NCBI GenBank assembly: GCA_964343605.1
Contig: CAYFKJ010000003.1
Span: 73,474-137,473 of the forward strand
Origin: an uncultured Rhodospirillaceae bacterium
GTDB lineage: Bacteria > Pseudomonadota > Alphaproteobacteria > UBA2966
DNA: 64,000 nucleotides
Direction: 5' to 3'
The position numbers were made by a program, and so were the translations under genes. The notes under the pieces were generated by a model. The model did no database searches. It worked only from the letters and a program-made list of their open reading frames with translations, and had not been told where the DNA came from. Below, piece by piece: positions 1-9,436 of the stretch; position 1 is the first letter of the stretch, and each line of letters opens with the position of its first letter.

Positions 1-2
1 TC

Positions 3-437
3 GCCGAGTATCTTGAAGAACGCTATCCCGTGCCGGCCCTGCTGCCCGAGGATGCCATCGACCGGGCCTGGGTGCGGGCGATCTGCCAGGCGGTGGCCTG
101 TGAGATCCATCCGCTTAACAATCTCGGCACGCTCAACTACCTGGTCAACGACATGGGCCTGAGCGAGGACGACAAGCAGCGTTGGTACCGTCATTGGATC
201 GCCGCCGGCCTGGGCGCCATCGAAGCCATGTTGCAGGCGCACCCCAACTCAAGCACATTTTGTCACGGCGACATGCCGACGCTGGCCGACGCCTTCCTGA
301 TCCCTCAGATTTTCAATGCGCAGCGCTTCGATTGCGATTTGACCGGATACCCCACGATCATGCGGGTCGAGGCCGCTTGCCGCGAGCTGGACGCCTTTAC
401 GGCCGCCCACCCGGACAACCAGCCGGATAGCGAGTAG
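3..437 (+). CDS. maiA: maleylacetoacetate isomerase / glutathione S-transferase zeta (5'-truncated at window edge)
   Basis: The frame is open from nt 3. The translation AEYLEERYPVPALLPEDAIDRAWVRAICQAVACEIHPLNNLGTLNYL is typical of GST-zeta C-terminal domains. Stop TAG at 435-437. Confidence 0.7.
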   Translation, partial: AEYLEERYPVPALLPEDAIDRAWVRAICQAVACEIHPLNNLGTLNYLVNDMGLSEDDKQRWYRHWIAAGLGAIEAMLQAHPNSSTFCHGDMPTLADAFLIPQIFNAQRFDCDLTGYPTIMRVEAACRELDAFTAAHPDNQPDSE

Positions 438-456
438 GGGTCAGAAACCGATTTCC

Positions 457-572
457 GTCATTCCCGCGAAAGCGGGAATCCATTCCGCGGCCTCTTCTAT
501 TGCAAATCCAGCTGAAAATCAGTCGCTCAGGCATGGTTTCCGGATAAGCGCGTCGCGCTTTCCGGAATGACG
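457..572. repeat. MITE/REP-like intergenic element, copy 1 (GTCATTCCCGCG...CGCGCTTTCCGGAATGAC)
   Basis: Its two ends are near-identical to the element at 12265-12380. It contains a perfect 8-bp palindrome ATTCCCGC/GCGGGAAT and a second long hairpin TTCCGGATAAGCGCG/CGCGCTTTCCGGAA, with a divergent centre. It sits between convergent genes. Confidence 0.6.
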
Positions 573-582
573 AATTAATTCA

Positions 583-1437
583 TCAACAAGTCAAACAGCC
601 GGTGCGGGCCTCGTCGATGAGCTTGCGCATTTGCTGGATGTTGACGTACCCGGGGATGATGGCGTCACCCACGACAAAGCCTGGGGTGCCCTGGATGCCG
701 AGGTTCTTCGCCAGATCATAGGACTGTGCGACCACCTGCCGGACCTCGGGGCTTTCCATGTCTTCGGCGATTTGCACAACATCGAGCCCGTATTCCTCCG
801 CGATGTCGAAAACTCGTTGACGGTCGAGGTTGCCCCGCGCATCCATCAACGCGTTGTGGAAGTCGAGATATTTCGACCGATCGGTCCTCAGGGCCGCGAT
901 GGCCGCGCGCGACGCCAGATCGGATTGTGGGCCGAGGATCGGGAATTCCTTGTACACAACCCGGATATTCGGATCCGTCGCCAGCAGTTCCGCCATGACG
1001 GGGTGGAACTTTTTGCAGTAGCCGCAGCGGTAATCGAAGAATTCAACCAGCGTCACGTCGCCGTCGGGATTGCCGCCGACGAAGGAATTCGGATCGTTGC
1101 GCAGGAGTTCGCCGTTGCTCTTGAGATAGGCCATGGTTTTGGCCTTCTCTTCGGCCTCCTGCCGCGCCTGCATGGCCTTGAAGGCCTCGACGATGATTTC
1201 GGGATGGTCTTCGATGTACTTTTTGACGACTTCCTCGACGGCTTCCTTTTGAGCCGGGGTGAGGGTGTCGGCCGCCCGGACAACCGGGGTGCTGGTGAAC
1301 AGCAACAAGCCCGCCAGCAGGAGCATTCCGAACAGAGCCTTTGCGAATTGATCGAGGATCGGCTCGGCTTTCGTCCGTGGACGGGTGGGGAATTGCTGGT
1401 TCGGCAAGATCGGTCTCCTGAATGAATACGCCATCAA
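583..1437 (-). CDS. DsbA-family thiol:disulfide oxidoreductase (periplasmic, signal-anchored)
   Basis: CGYC (CxxC) active site within FFDYRCGYCKKFHP. Hydrophobic N-terminal segment MLLLAGLLLFTSTPVVRA. The start may instead be the internal Met at 1326. Confidence 0.75.
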   Translation of the reverse strand: MMAYSFRRPILPNQQFPTRPRTKAEPILDQFAKALFGMLLLAGLLLFTSTPVVRAADTLTPAQKEAVEEVVKKYIEDHPEIIVEAFKAMQARQEAEEKAKTMAYLKSNGELLRNDPNSFVGGNPDGDVTLVEFFDYRCGYCKKFHPVMAELLATDPNIRVVYKEFPILGPQSDLASRAAIAALRTDRSKYLDFHNALMDARGNLDRQRVFDIAEEYGLDVVQIAEDMESPEVRQVVAQSYDLAKNLGIQGTPGFVVGDAIIPGYVNIQQMRKLIDEARTGCLTC

Positions 1438-1540
1438 GGTTCAGACAATATGCCAAAACCCCGATGGCGTGAATTCACAAGCGGATTACTAACTTGGTAC
1501 GCTTACTAGGATACCAAACGATCTACAAGCGCTTTGGCGA

Positions 1541-3556
1541 CTAGGCCGCCTTGATGTTCTGCAGGAAATCCTCGACTTCCCGGCGCAGGTTCTGGAATCG
1601 CTCGCCCAATTCCTGGGACGCGTTGAGAACGGTGCCCGAGGCTTCGCCGGTCTGTTCGGATCCGGCTTTCACCGTGACGATGCTCTCCGAGACGTTCTGA
1701 GTGCCGCGGGCGGCTTCCTGAACGTTGCGGCTGATCTCGCCTGTGGCGGCACCCTGTTCCTCGACAGCCGAGGCGATCGTGGTGGCGATCTCGTTCATCT
1801 CCGAAATCGTCGAGCCGATGCCTTCGATGGCGCCGACGGCATCCTGTGTGGTGGACTGGATCGCACCGATCTGGTTGCTGATGTCCTCGGTCGCCTGGGC
1901 CGTCTGGCTGGCCAGGTTCTTGACCTCGGAGGCCACCACCGCGAAGCCCTTGCCGGCGTCACCGGCACGGGCCGCCTCGATGGTCGCATTGAGGGCCAGC
2001 AGGTTGGTCTGATTGGCGATGTCGTTGATCAGGTCGACGACCTCGCCGATCTTCTGGGCCGCATCGGCCAGATCACGGATGGTCTGGTTGGTGCCTTCCG
2101 CGGCCTTCACGGCGTTACCCGAGATCTCAGCCGAGTGCGAGACCTGGCGGCTGATTTCGCTGATCGAGGAGGAAAGCTCCTCGGCCGCACTGGCGACGGT
2201 CTGGACGCTGGCGGTCGCCTGCTCGGCGGCGGAGGCTACCGTGACGCTCTCGTCCTGCGTCTGGCGGGCGATCTCGGTCATCGACTGAGCCGAGGACTCC
2301 ATCTGCGTGGAACTCGCGGCCACGACGCCGAGGATGTCTTCCACGGTGTCTCCGAAACCCGACGTCAGATCGTTCATCTTGGCCTGACGGGCTTCGCGCT
2401 GACGATTTTCTTCCGCTTCACGCTCACGCTCGGCGTCCTTGCGGCGCTCTTCCTCGGCGCGGGCCTTTTCCTGCTCGGCTTCCATGCGTTCGGCTTCAAG
2501 GGCGGTTTCCTTGAAGACCACGACAGCCTGGGCCATTTCACCGATCTCGTTGCCGTAGTCGGTGGCGGGAATGTCGACCTGTTTGTTGCCGGCGGCCAAT
2601 TCCTTCATGGCCGCGATCATGGCGGCGATGGAACCCGAAACGGCGCGGCCGATGAAAACGGCCAGCACGATGACGATCAGGGAGATCACGGCCATGGTCG
2701 CCATGATGGTCTTGAACGTCGTCGAGCTATTGGCTTTGGCCTGCTGGGTCGCAGCGCTGAAAGCTTCCTTGCCGGCGCCGACCAGAGCGATCAGTTTGGG
2801 CTCGACCTCGGCATAAAGCGAACTCATTTTTTTCTGCGCCTTGGCTTCCAGGGTCAGACCCTCCACGACCTTCTTGAAAGCGACGAGGTAAATCTGGGCG
2901 CTGTCGATCAGGTACTCCTGATCGTCCTCGTCCTCGACGTGCTCGGTGACGGCCTTTTCGAAATCGGCGATGCCGGCTTCAAGCTTCTTGGCGTACTTAA
3001 CGTCGCGACGCATCAGGTAATCTTTTTCGTGGCGGCGCAGCATGAGCATGGCAGCCAGAACACTCGGATCGTTGATGTTCTTGAGTTCCGCCTCGGCTTC
3101 CTTCACGGCCTTACGCATCTGGCCGCGCAAACCGGTGCTGGGGGTCATGCCGATTTTTTCGCGCAATTCGACGACGTGCTTGAATTCGGCGACATAGGCC
3201 TCGAAACCGGTACGGACCTGCGTGAGAACCTCATGAAGTTCCGGATTTTTGATTCCCGCATCAAGCCTGTCGAAGATCACCGACATATCCGCTGCCACGG
3301 CGGCATGGCGGTCGGCATACTTTTTCTTCATGCGCAGAAAGAAGTCCTTTTCGTTCCGGCGCTCCTGGAGAAATCCGACCTGCAGCGCGTTGACGTCGGC
3401 GACAGCTTCGGTCACCACCAATTGACGCGCCTGGAAGCCAGCCTGGGTGTTGCTGCTGGAATAGTAGACGACACCGACGGCGGCAAAACCGACAAGGGCC
3501 GCGCCGATGATGATGGCGAGCTGGAAGCTCAGCTTGATTGAATTCAAAATGTTCAT
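1541..3556 (-). CDS. methyl-accepting chemotaxis protein (HAMP + MCP signalling domain)
   Basis: Highly conserved MCP signature [33 protein letters not shown]-terminal TM helix. The start was moved to MNILNSIK, which has an AAGGAAACAAG RBS. Confidence 0.85.
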   Translation of the reverse strand: MNILNSIKLSFQLAIIIGAALVGFAAVGVVYYSSSNTQAGFQARQLVVTEAVADVNALQVGFLQERRNEKDFFLRMKKKYADRHAAVAADMSVIFDRLDAGIKNPELHEVLTQVRTGFEAYVAEFKHVVELREKIGMTPSTGLRGQMRKAVKEAEAELKNINDPSVLAAMLMLRRHEKDYLMRRDVKYAKKLEAGIADFEKAVTEHVEDEDDQEYLIDSAQIYLVAFKKVVEGLTLEAKAQKKMSSLYAEVEPKLIALVGAGKEAFSAATQQAKANSSTTFKTIMATMAVISLIVIVLAVFIGRAVSGSIAAMIAAMKELAAGNKQVDIPATDYGNEIGEMAQAVVVFKETALEAERMEAEQEKARAEEERRKDAEREREAEENRQREARQAKMNDLTSGFGDTVEDILGVVAASSTQMESSAQSMTEIARQTQDESVTVASAAEQATASVQTVASAAEELSSSISEISRQVSHSAEISGNAVKAAEGTNQTIRDLADAAQKIGEVVDLINDIANQTNLLALNATIEAARAGDAGKGFAVVASEVKNLASQTAQATEDISNQIGAIQSTTQDAVGAIEGIGSTISEMNEIATTIASAVEEQGAATGEISRNVQEAARGTQNVSESIVTVKAGSEQTGEASGTVLNASQELGERFQNLRREVEDFLQNIKAA

Positions 3557-3708
3557 TTTCTTGTTTCCTTCACTAACCGCCCCCTTGTTAGAGAGGCTGC
3601 GCAATTGTCGACGCGACAGCTGAACTCTCTTGGATTTCAGGCCCGGGCGGCACGGACACGCCGCACCGGGCCGAAATCACTTGGAGGATTTGTCCTAACG
3701 GAGCCCTA

Positions 3709-4071
3709 TTAACCGCAGTGGTTGAACTCCTCGTTCTTCTTGGGGTACTCCACGCAGAAGTCTTCGCTGCCACCCGGCGCCTTGATGGCGTTGCCGTTCC
3801 AAGTCGCGGTAATGACCTTGAACTTGGTGATATTGAGGCGGCGGTTGCGGCAGGACTTCATGGCCGCGGCCTGACAGGCCTCGAGCGAATCGGCCTTCTT
3901 CGTCTTGACGCACGACTGGTTGCCGCCGCACTTCTTGTAGCTCGTGGCTTCCTGGCCGGGGCAAGCCGTCCGGGTATAGCTGACGGCGCATTCGGCGCGG
4001 GCGTCGGTCGGCGTCCAGGACAACATGACGGCGACGGCCAGGGCGGCAAACGCCAGATAGATCTTTTTCAT
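3709..4071 (-). CDS. small secreted cysteine-rich hypothetical protein (121 aa, 8 Cys)
   Basis: ORF with signal peptide MKKIYLAFAALAVAVMLSWTPTDARA and a GGAGAG RBS. It lies between the two MCP paralogs. No homolog recognised. Confidence 0.45.
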   Translation of the reverse strand: MKKIYLAFAALAVAVMLSWTPTDARAECAVSYTRTACPGQEATSYKKCGGNQSCVKTKKADSLEACQAAAMKSCRNRRLNITKFKVITATWNGNAIKAPGGSEDFCVEYPKKNEEFNHCG

Positions 4072-4325
4072 TATTCTCTCCACCAGTGTTCTGTTGATAC
4101 AGTCGAGGGCTGCGCCCTCAGGAATTTTGATTCCGTCTCCGGAATTTGGTGGAGGATATAACCGAGGTTCCGTGTCGGGATTATTTCCAAATCGCGAAAT
4201 TTGATTTCGGGGAAGTAACAAATGTTTCCCGATTATTGCATTTCTACCCCTGCGTTATCGGCTACCGGACAAATGCTTATTCAATAGTGATATTGATAAT
4301 TCTCTCATTCGGGTCGAGGGATCCT

Positions 4326-4358
4326 CCAACAAAAACGGGCCCCGGAATACCGGGGCCC
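4326..4358 (-). terminator. rho-independent terminator downstream of MCP2
   Basis: GGGCCCCGG-TATT-CCGGGGCCC stem-loop followed on the minus strand by GTTTTTGTTGG. Confidence 0.5.
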
Positions 4359-4383
4359 GCCTTTGTCTTAAAGCCGATATTGC

Positions 4384-6297
4384 TTATGCGGCTTTGATAT
4401 TTTTCAGGAACTCCTCGACTTCCTGGCGCAAGCCCTGGAAGCGTTCGGCCAGTTCCTGGGAGGCGTTGAGGACATTGCCCGAGGCTTCTCCGGTCTGTTC
4501 CGACCCGGCCTTCACCGTGACGATGCTCTCCGAAACGTTCTGGGTGCCTGAAGCGGCTTCCTGAACGTTGCGGCTGATCTCGCTGGTGGCCGCACCCTGT
4601 TCCTCGACCGCCGAGGCGATCGTGGTGGCGATCTCGTTCATCTCGGAGATTGTCGAACCGATGCCTTCGATGGCACCGACGGCATCCTGCGTTGTGGACT
4701 GGATCGAACCGATCTGGTTGCTGATGTCCTCGGTCGCCTGGGCCGTCTGGCTGGCCAGGTTCTTGACCTCGGAGGCCACCACCGCGAAGCCCTTGCCGGC
4801 GTCACCGGCACGGGCCGCCTCGATGGTCGCATTGAGGGCCAGCAGGTTGGTCTGATTGGCGATGTCGTTGATCAGGTCGACGACCTCGCCGATCTTCTGG
4901 GCCGCATCAGCCAGTTCCCGGATAGTCTGATTGGTACCGTTCGCGGCTTCCACAGCACGACCGGAAATCTCGGCCGAGTGTGAGACCTGGCGGCTGATTT
5001 CGCTGATCGATGACGTGAGTTCCTCGGCCGCACTGGCGACGGTCTGGACGCTGGCGGTCGCCTGCTCGGCGGCAGAGGCCACCGTGACACTCTCGTCCTG
5101 GGTCTGGCGGGCGATTTCCGACATCGACTGGGCGGAGGATTCCATCTCGGTCGAGCTGGACGCCACCACACCGAGGATTTCCTCGACCGTGTCGCCGAAG
5201 CCGGAAGTCAGGCTGTCCATGCGTTCCTGACGGGCCTGGCGCTCGGCATTTTCCTCGGCCTCGCGTTGACGCTCGGCTTCCTCGCGCTGTTTGCGTTCTT
5301 CGGCGGCCTTCTTTTCCTCCTCCTCGAGGCGGATCTTCTCGATGGCATTGTCCTTGAAGACCTGGACGGCGCCGGCCATCTTGCCGATTTCGTTGGTCAG
5401 GCCCAATGCGGGAACTTCGACCTCGTTGTCGCCTTCGGCCAAGCGCTCCATGGTTGCCGTCATACGACCGACGGGAACGGTGATGGCGCGAGCCAGGAAA
5501 AAGGCGGCGACCAGTCCGAGGCCGATGGCGAAGGCCGTGGCGATGGCCAGCAGCCGAACGGCGGTAATTTCATCTTTCTCCAACTGAATAAGCGCGTCGG
5601 CCGTGAATTTCTCGATGCTGTGAAGCGCTTCCTCCAGCTCATGATCGATCTGGTCTTGCTGTTTCTCAATTTTTTCGGTGACTTCACCCAGGTGCTTCAC
5701 TTCTCCCTTCTCGATCTTGTGAAGGGTCTGTTCGGCCAACTGCTCGTACTCGTGATGTTCCGCATCGACCTTGGTCAGGATTTCCAAAAGGTGGTGGAAT
5801 TCATCCTTGGCGGCTTGGGTGTGCGCTGCTTCGATGGCTTCTTCAAGGGTCGCTTCGGCGTCCTTCAACTCTTCGGCGACCTTGTGGCCGAGCTCCGCGA
5901 AGTCGTGCTCCAGCTCTTTATAATGCTTCATTTTGCTGGGATCCTTGGCAAGATCCTTGCCGAGAGCAATGGAGCGTTCGAATAGAATGGCCTGTTCGAG
6001 TTGGTGAAGCGTCACTTTGGTGAGCTTTTCCGTGAGCGGCATGTCGCGTTCGGCGATGTCCTCGATCTCGGTACCGATCGCCTGCATCTCAAAGACGCCG
6101 AACCCGGCGACGCCCGCTGTGATGAGGAGGAGGAAGCCGACCAGGCCGTAAATCCTCCAGCTAATTCTCAGATTCGCTAACATTGACTTTTTTCCTTGTT
6201 CTTGTTTGCCGGCAAGTTCGGGAGCGTCGACCGTATCGGCGGTCCCATGGGTGGCGGTTAATTTGTCAAATACAAAACCCTTAACTGACTTAGACAT
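4384..6297 (-). CDS. methyl-accepting chemotaxis protein, paralog of 1541..3556
   Basis: Same MCP signature. The C-terminal ~300 aa are ~95% identical to the MCP1 C-terminus, while the sensor N-terminus differs. GAGGAG RBS before the ATG at 6297. Confidence 0.85.
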   Translation of the reverse strand: MSKSVKGFVFDKLTATHGTADTVDAPELAGKQEQGKKSMLANLRISWRIYGLVGFLLLITAGVAGFGVFEMQAIGTEIEDIAERDMPLTEKLTKVTLHQLEQAILFERSIALGKDLAKDPSKMKHYKELEHDFAELGHKVAEELKDAEATLEEAIEAAHTQAAKDEFHHLLEILTKVDAEHHEYEQLAEQTLHKIEKGEVKHLGEVTEKIEKQQDQIDHELEEALHSIEKFTADALIQLEKDEITAVRLLAIATAFAIGLGLVAAFFLARAITVPVGRMTATMERLAEGDNEVEVPALGLTNEIGKMAGAVQVFKDNAIEKIRLEEEEKKAAEERKQREEAERQREAEENAERQARQERMDSLTSGFGDTVEEILGVVASSSTEMESSAQSMSEIARQTQDESVTVASAAEQATASVQTVASAAEELTSSISEISRQVSHSAEISGRAVEAANGTNQTIRELADAAQKIGEVVDLINDIANQTNLLALNATIEAARAGDAGKGFAVVASEVKNLASQTAQATEDISNQIGSIQSTTQDAVGAIEGIGSTISEMNEIATTIASAVEEQGAATSEISRNVQEAASGTQNVSESIVTVKAGSEQTGEASGNVLNASQELAERFQGLRQEVEEFLKNIKAA

Positions 6298-6553
6298 GAC
6301 GTTGCACTCCTCTGAAGCGCTGTTGAATTGTGTCCGGCGCTTACTCGCCCAGTACCGCGTCGCCTTGGCAGAACGATCGGGAGCACGCCGGTAAAATTAC
6401 CCCCTAACAAACTATGGACAATTTGCGCGCGAGGCGTTTCACGGATATGTCAGAGTTCGCGGAATTGGTTTCACCACCGTTACAAGTGTAACGGTTGTGT
6501 AACTCCAATCTTATTAGCGCTTAAGGAAGAAAATCCTAAACCGGCATGGAATG

Positions 6554-8047
6554 TCAGGTCGTCCGCACCCTGCCGACCGCCGTTTTCCAACCGGCGTACA
6601 ACTCCTCGCGCAAACCGTCTTCCATGCCCGGTTCAAAACGTCTGTCGCGGCGCCACTGGCGGGCGATATCTTCCTTGCCCGAGTAATAACCGGTCGCCAA
6701 ACCGGCAAGGTAGGCCGCTCCCAACGCCGTGGTTTCCGTGACAACCGGGCGTTCAACGGGCGTGCCGAGCATGTCGGCGAGAAACTGCATGGTCCAGTCG
6801 TTTGCCGCCATGCCGCCGTCCACCCGCAGCGTCGGCGGAAGGGGCGCGCCGTCGGCCGTCATGGCCTCAAGCAGGTCGCGGGTCTGGTAGCAAACGGCCT
6901 CGAGGGTGGCACGCGTGATTTCGGCCGCGCCCGTGTCCCGGGTAAGCCCGATCAGGGCGCCCCGGGCGTCGGCATCCCAGTAGGGTGCGCCGAGACCGGT
7001 GAAGGCGGGCACCATGTAGATGCCGCCCGCCGAGGACACGCTGGCCGCGAGCGCTTCACTTTCCGCGGCATCGGAGAACAGGCCTAGTCCGTCCCGCAAC
7101 CACTGGACGGCGGCGCCGGCCACGAAGATGCTGCCCTCCAGGGCATAGGTCGTCTCGCCATCCAGCCGCCAGGCCACGGTCGTCAGCAACCGGTTCGTCG
7201 AGGAAACGGCTTCGCCGCCTGTGTTGAGGAGAGCGAAACAGCCGGTGCCGTAAGTGCTCTTCAGAGTGCCGGGTTCGAACGCCGCCTGGCCGAAAGTGGC
7301 GGCCTGCTGATCACCGGCCATGCCGGTGATGGGGATCGCGGCGCCGAACAGTTCAGGATCGCAAGCCCCGAAAAGAACCGAGCAATCCTTAACTTCGGGC
7401 AGCACTTCTCGGGGAATGTTGTGTAAGGCCAGCAACGCGTCATCCCACTCTTGCGAATGAATGTTGAAGAGTTGCGTTCGTGAGGCGTTGCTAGCGTCCG
7501 TCGCATGCACCTCACCTCCGGTGAGGTGCCAGAGCAGGAAACAGTCGATGGTGCCGAAAGCCAGCTCGCCGGCATCGGCCCGTTTTCGCGCCCCGTCCAC
7601 GTTATCGAGCAGCCAGCATAGCTTGGTCGCGGAAAAATACGGGTCAAGCAGGAGACCGGTGAGCTTCTGCGTTGTTTCGGCGCAACCGGCCTCCGTAAGT
7701 TCGCGGCAGCGTTCCGCCGTCCGCCGGTCCTGCCAGACGATGGCATTGTGCACCGGTTCGCCGGTGGCGCGGTCCCAAAGAACCGTCGTTTCGCGTTGAT
7801 TGGTGATGCCGATGGCATTGATATTTCCGACGCCGACTTTTTCGATGACCTCCCTGGCCGTCGACAAGGTGTCGCGCCAGATGGTCCGCGCGTCATGTTC
7901 GACCCAGCCCGGCTGCGGATAGATTTGCGGCAATTCGCGCTGGGCAAGCGCCTCGATGGCGCCTTCGCGGTTGAACGCGATGGCCCGGCTGCTGGTGGTC
8001 CCCTGATCGAGCGCCAGGATGCAGTTTCCGGCTGGTCGGTCAGTCAT
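6554..8047 (-). CDS. glpK: glycerol kinase
   Basis: Starts [29 protein letters not shown]; FGGY sugar-kinase motifs continue throughout. Confidence 0.93.
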   Translation of the reverse strand: MTDRPAGNCILALDQGTTSSRAIAFNREGAIEALAQRELPQIYPQPGWVEHDARTIWRDTLSTAREVIEKVGVGNINAIGITNQRETTVLWDRATGEPVHNAIVWQDRRTAERCRELTEAGCAETTQKLTGLLLDPYFSATKLCWLLDNVDGARKRADAGELAFGTIDCFLLWHLTGGEVHATDASNASRTQLFNIHSQEWDDALLALHNIPREVLPEVKDCSVLFGACDPELFGAAIPITGMAGDQQAATFGQAAFEPGTLKSTYGTGCFALLNTGGEAVSSTNRLLTTVAWRLDGETTYALEGSIFVAGAAVQWLRDGLGLFSDAAESEALAASVSSAGGIYMVPAFTGLGAPYWDADARGALIGLTRDTGAAEITRATLEAVCYQTRDLLEAMTADGAPLPPTLRVDGGMAANDWTMQFLADMLGTPVERPVVTETTALGAAYLAGLATGYYSGKEDIARQWRRDRRFEPGMEDGLREELYAGWKTAVGRVRTT

Positions 8048-8068
8048 GGCTTGCGGTCCGAATTGCCG

Positions 8069-9436
8069 TCATTGGCGCTTTGCACGCTTTTTGAGCTGCC
8101 GTTCCACCGATCTCTGAATATCCAGCGCCCGGAGATGTCCCGATGAACCATGCGGCAGGTTGTCGAGGGCGCGGCGGGCAAACATACGGGCATCAAGCGG
8201 CCGGCCGGTCAGCAGGGCGTACTCAGCGCTGGCCAGGGACGACTTGGCAATCTGTCCGTCCCGCCCCAGCGCGATGGCCAACTGTTGCCAGGCGGAGCCC
8301 AGTTTGCGCTCCCGGCTGACGGCTACCTCGAGGTGGCGGATGGCTTCATGTACGAGTGCGGGATCGTCGGTTGCGATCAGGATTTGTCCCAGTAGCGTCA
8401 ACAAAAGGGGTTCCGCCGGCATTAGTTCGTTGGCTCGGCGCAGGGGGGCGATCGCCTCTTTGGCGTGGCCCTGTTCGAACAGGATCTGGCCTTTCAGTTC
8501 GTGAAAGTAAGCGTCATCCGGGAACGCATGCAGCAAGCCGTCGATTTCCCCGAGCGCCGATTGGAGGTCCGAGTCACGATGGTACGCAACCGCGCGGGCG
8601 AACCGGGCCGGCACGCTTCGGTCCGTGAGAGGATACTTGCGCAGCGTTCGGCCGGGAGATTCGAAAAAGGCGAAGATCTTGGCTTGCATCCGCGCGAGTC
8701 GAAGATCTTCCGCCTCGTTGGGCGGCGGCGGTCCGCTCTGGTCGACGATGGCGCGCAGGCTGGCGATGCGGTCCCGCGTCAAAGGGTGGCTGCGGATGTA
8801 GGGATCCTGGTTGGCGGTGACGAGGGCTTCCTGGCCTCTCATGCGCTCCAGAAAGGTCAAAATGCCGGCCGGAGATCGGCCGACGTCGCGAAGCAGTTTG
8901 ATCGCCATCTGGTCGGCTACCGATTCCTGCGTCCGGTTGTATTTGAGCAGGGACCCTTTGGCGACCTGCTGGCCTCCCGTGAAGACGGCGCTGCCCGCTT
9001 TGCCCTGGCCGGCCACGATCGCGGCCATTCCCAGCACCATGGCGACGATGGCCTGGGCATTGGCGTTCTTCATGGCGTCGCGCAGGCGAACCAGATGGCC
9101 GCCCGCGATATGCCCCGTTTCATGCGCCAGGACGCCGGCGATTTCATCCACCGACTTGGCGGAAAGCAGCAATCCGGTGTTGACGAAGATGTTCTGGCCG
9201 CCCGCCACAAAGGCGTTGAGATCACTGTCCGCGACGATATGAATGCGCACGGCATCGGATGTCAGACCGGCCGCGCTGAACAGTGGCGCAACCCAATCGC
9301 GGATGCTATGTTCGATCTCGGCGTCCCGGATCAGTCTGATAGGCGCCGAAGATGCCGGTCCAATTGGGACGGCAAGCATCCAAATTAGAGCCCACATCAC
9401 GGTCGTATGAAGTAAGCGCGGCATGGAGTTGGACAA
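8069..9436 (-). CDS. M48-family zinc metalloprotease with C-terminal TPR repeats (BepA/YfgC-like)
   Basis: HETGHIAGGH (HExxH) motif. Signal peptide. TPR-like helical C-terminus. TTG start with a GGGAG RBS. Confidence 0.75.
   Translation of the reverse strand: MSNSMPRLLHTTVMWALIWMLAVPIGPASSAPIRLIRDAEIEHSIRDWVAPLFSAAGLTSDAVRIHIVADSDLNAFVAGGQNIFVNTGLLLSAKSVDEIAGVLAHETGHIAGGHLVRLRDAMKNANAQAIVAMVLGMAAIVAGQGKAGSAVFTGGQQVAKGSLLKYNRTQESVADQMAIKLLRDVGRSPAGILTFLERMRGQEALVTANQDPYIRSHPLTRDRIASLRAIVDQSGPPPPNEAEDLRLARMQAKIFAFFESPGRTLRKYPLTDRSVPARFARAVAYHRDSDLQSALGEIDGLLHAFPDDAYFHELKGQILFEQGHAKEAIAPLRRANELMPAEPLLLTLLGQILIATDDPALVHEAIRHLEVAVSRERKLGSAWQQLAIALGRDGQIAKSSLASAEYALLTGRPLDARMFARRALDNLPHGSSGHLRALDIQRSVERQLKKRAKRQ

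Noticed and set aside
2135-3541. Long antisense ORF (468 aa) opposite MCP1. Similar long ORFs lie opposite MCP2 (5266..5985), PBP1A (16875..18482, 18627..19562), prfB (19562..20485), the PlsB-like gene (20663..22072 and the frame-shifted 20713..22083), rne (12556..13653), paaK (51249..52481), paaJ (52569..53570) and glnE (26957..27742).
   Set aside because: Their translations are Arg/Gly/Pro/Ala-rich low-complexity sequences typical of spurious ORFs in high-GC DNA. Each overlaps a gene with strong, motif-level homology on the other strand.
3635-3680. Imperfect hairpin GCCCGGGCGGC...GCCGCACCGGGC downstream of the small Cys-rich gene as a terminator
   Set aside because: The stem has a mismatch or bulge and no convincing T-tract follows on the coding (minus) strand, so it is too weak to call.
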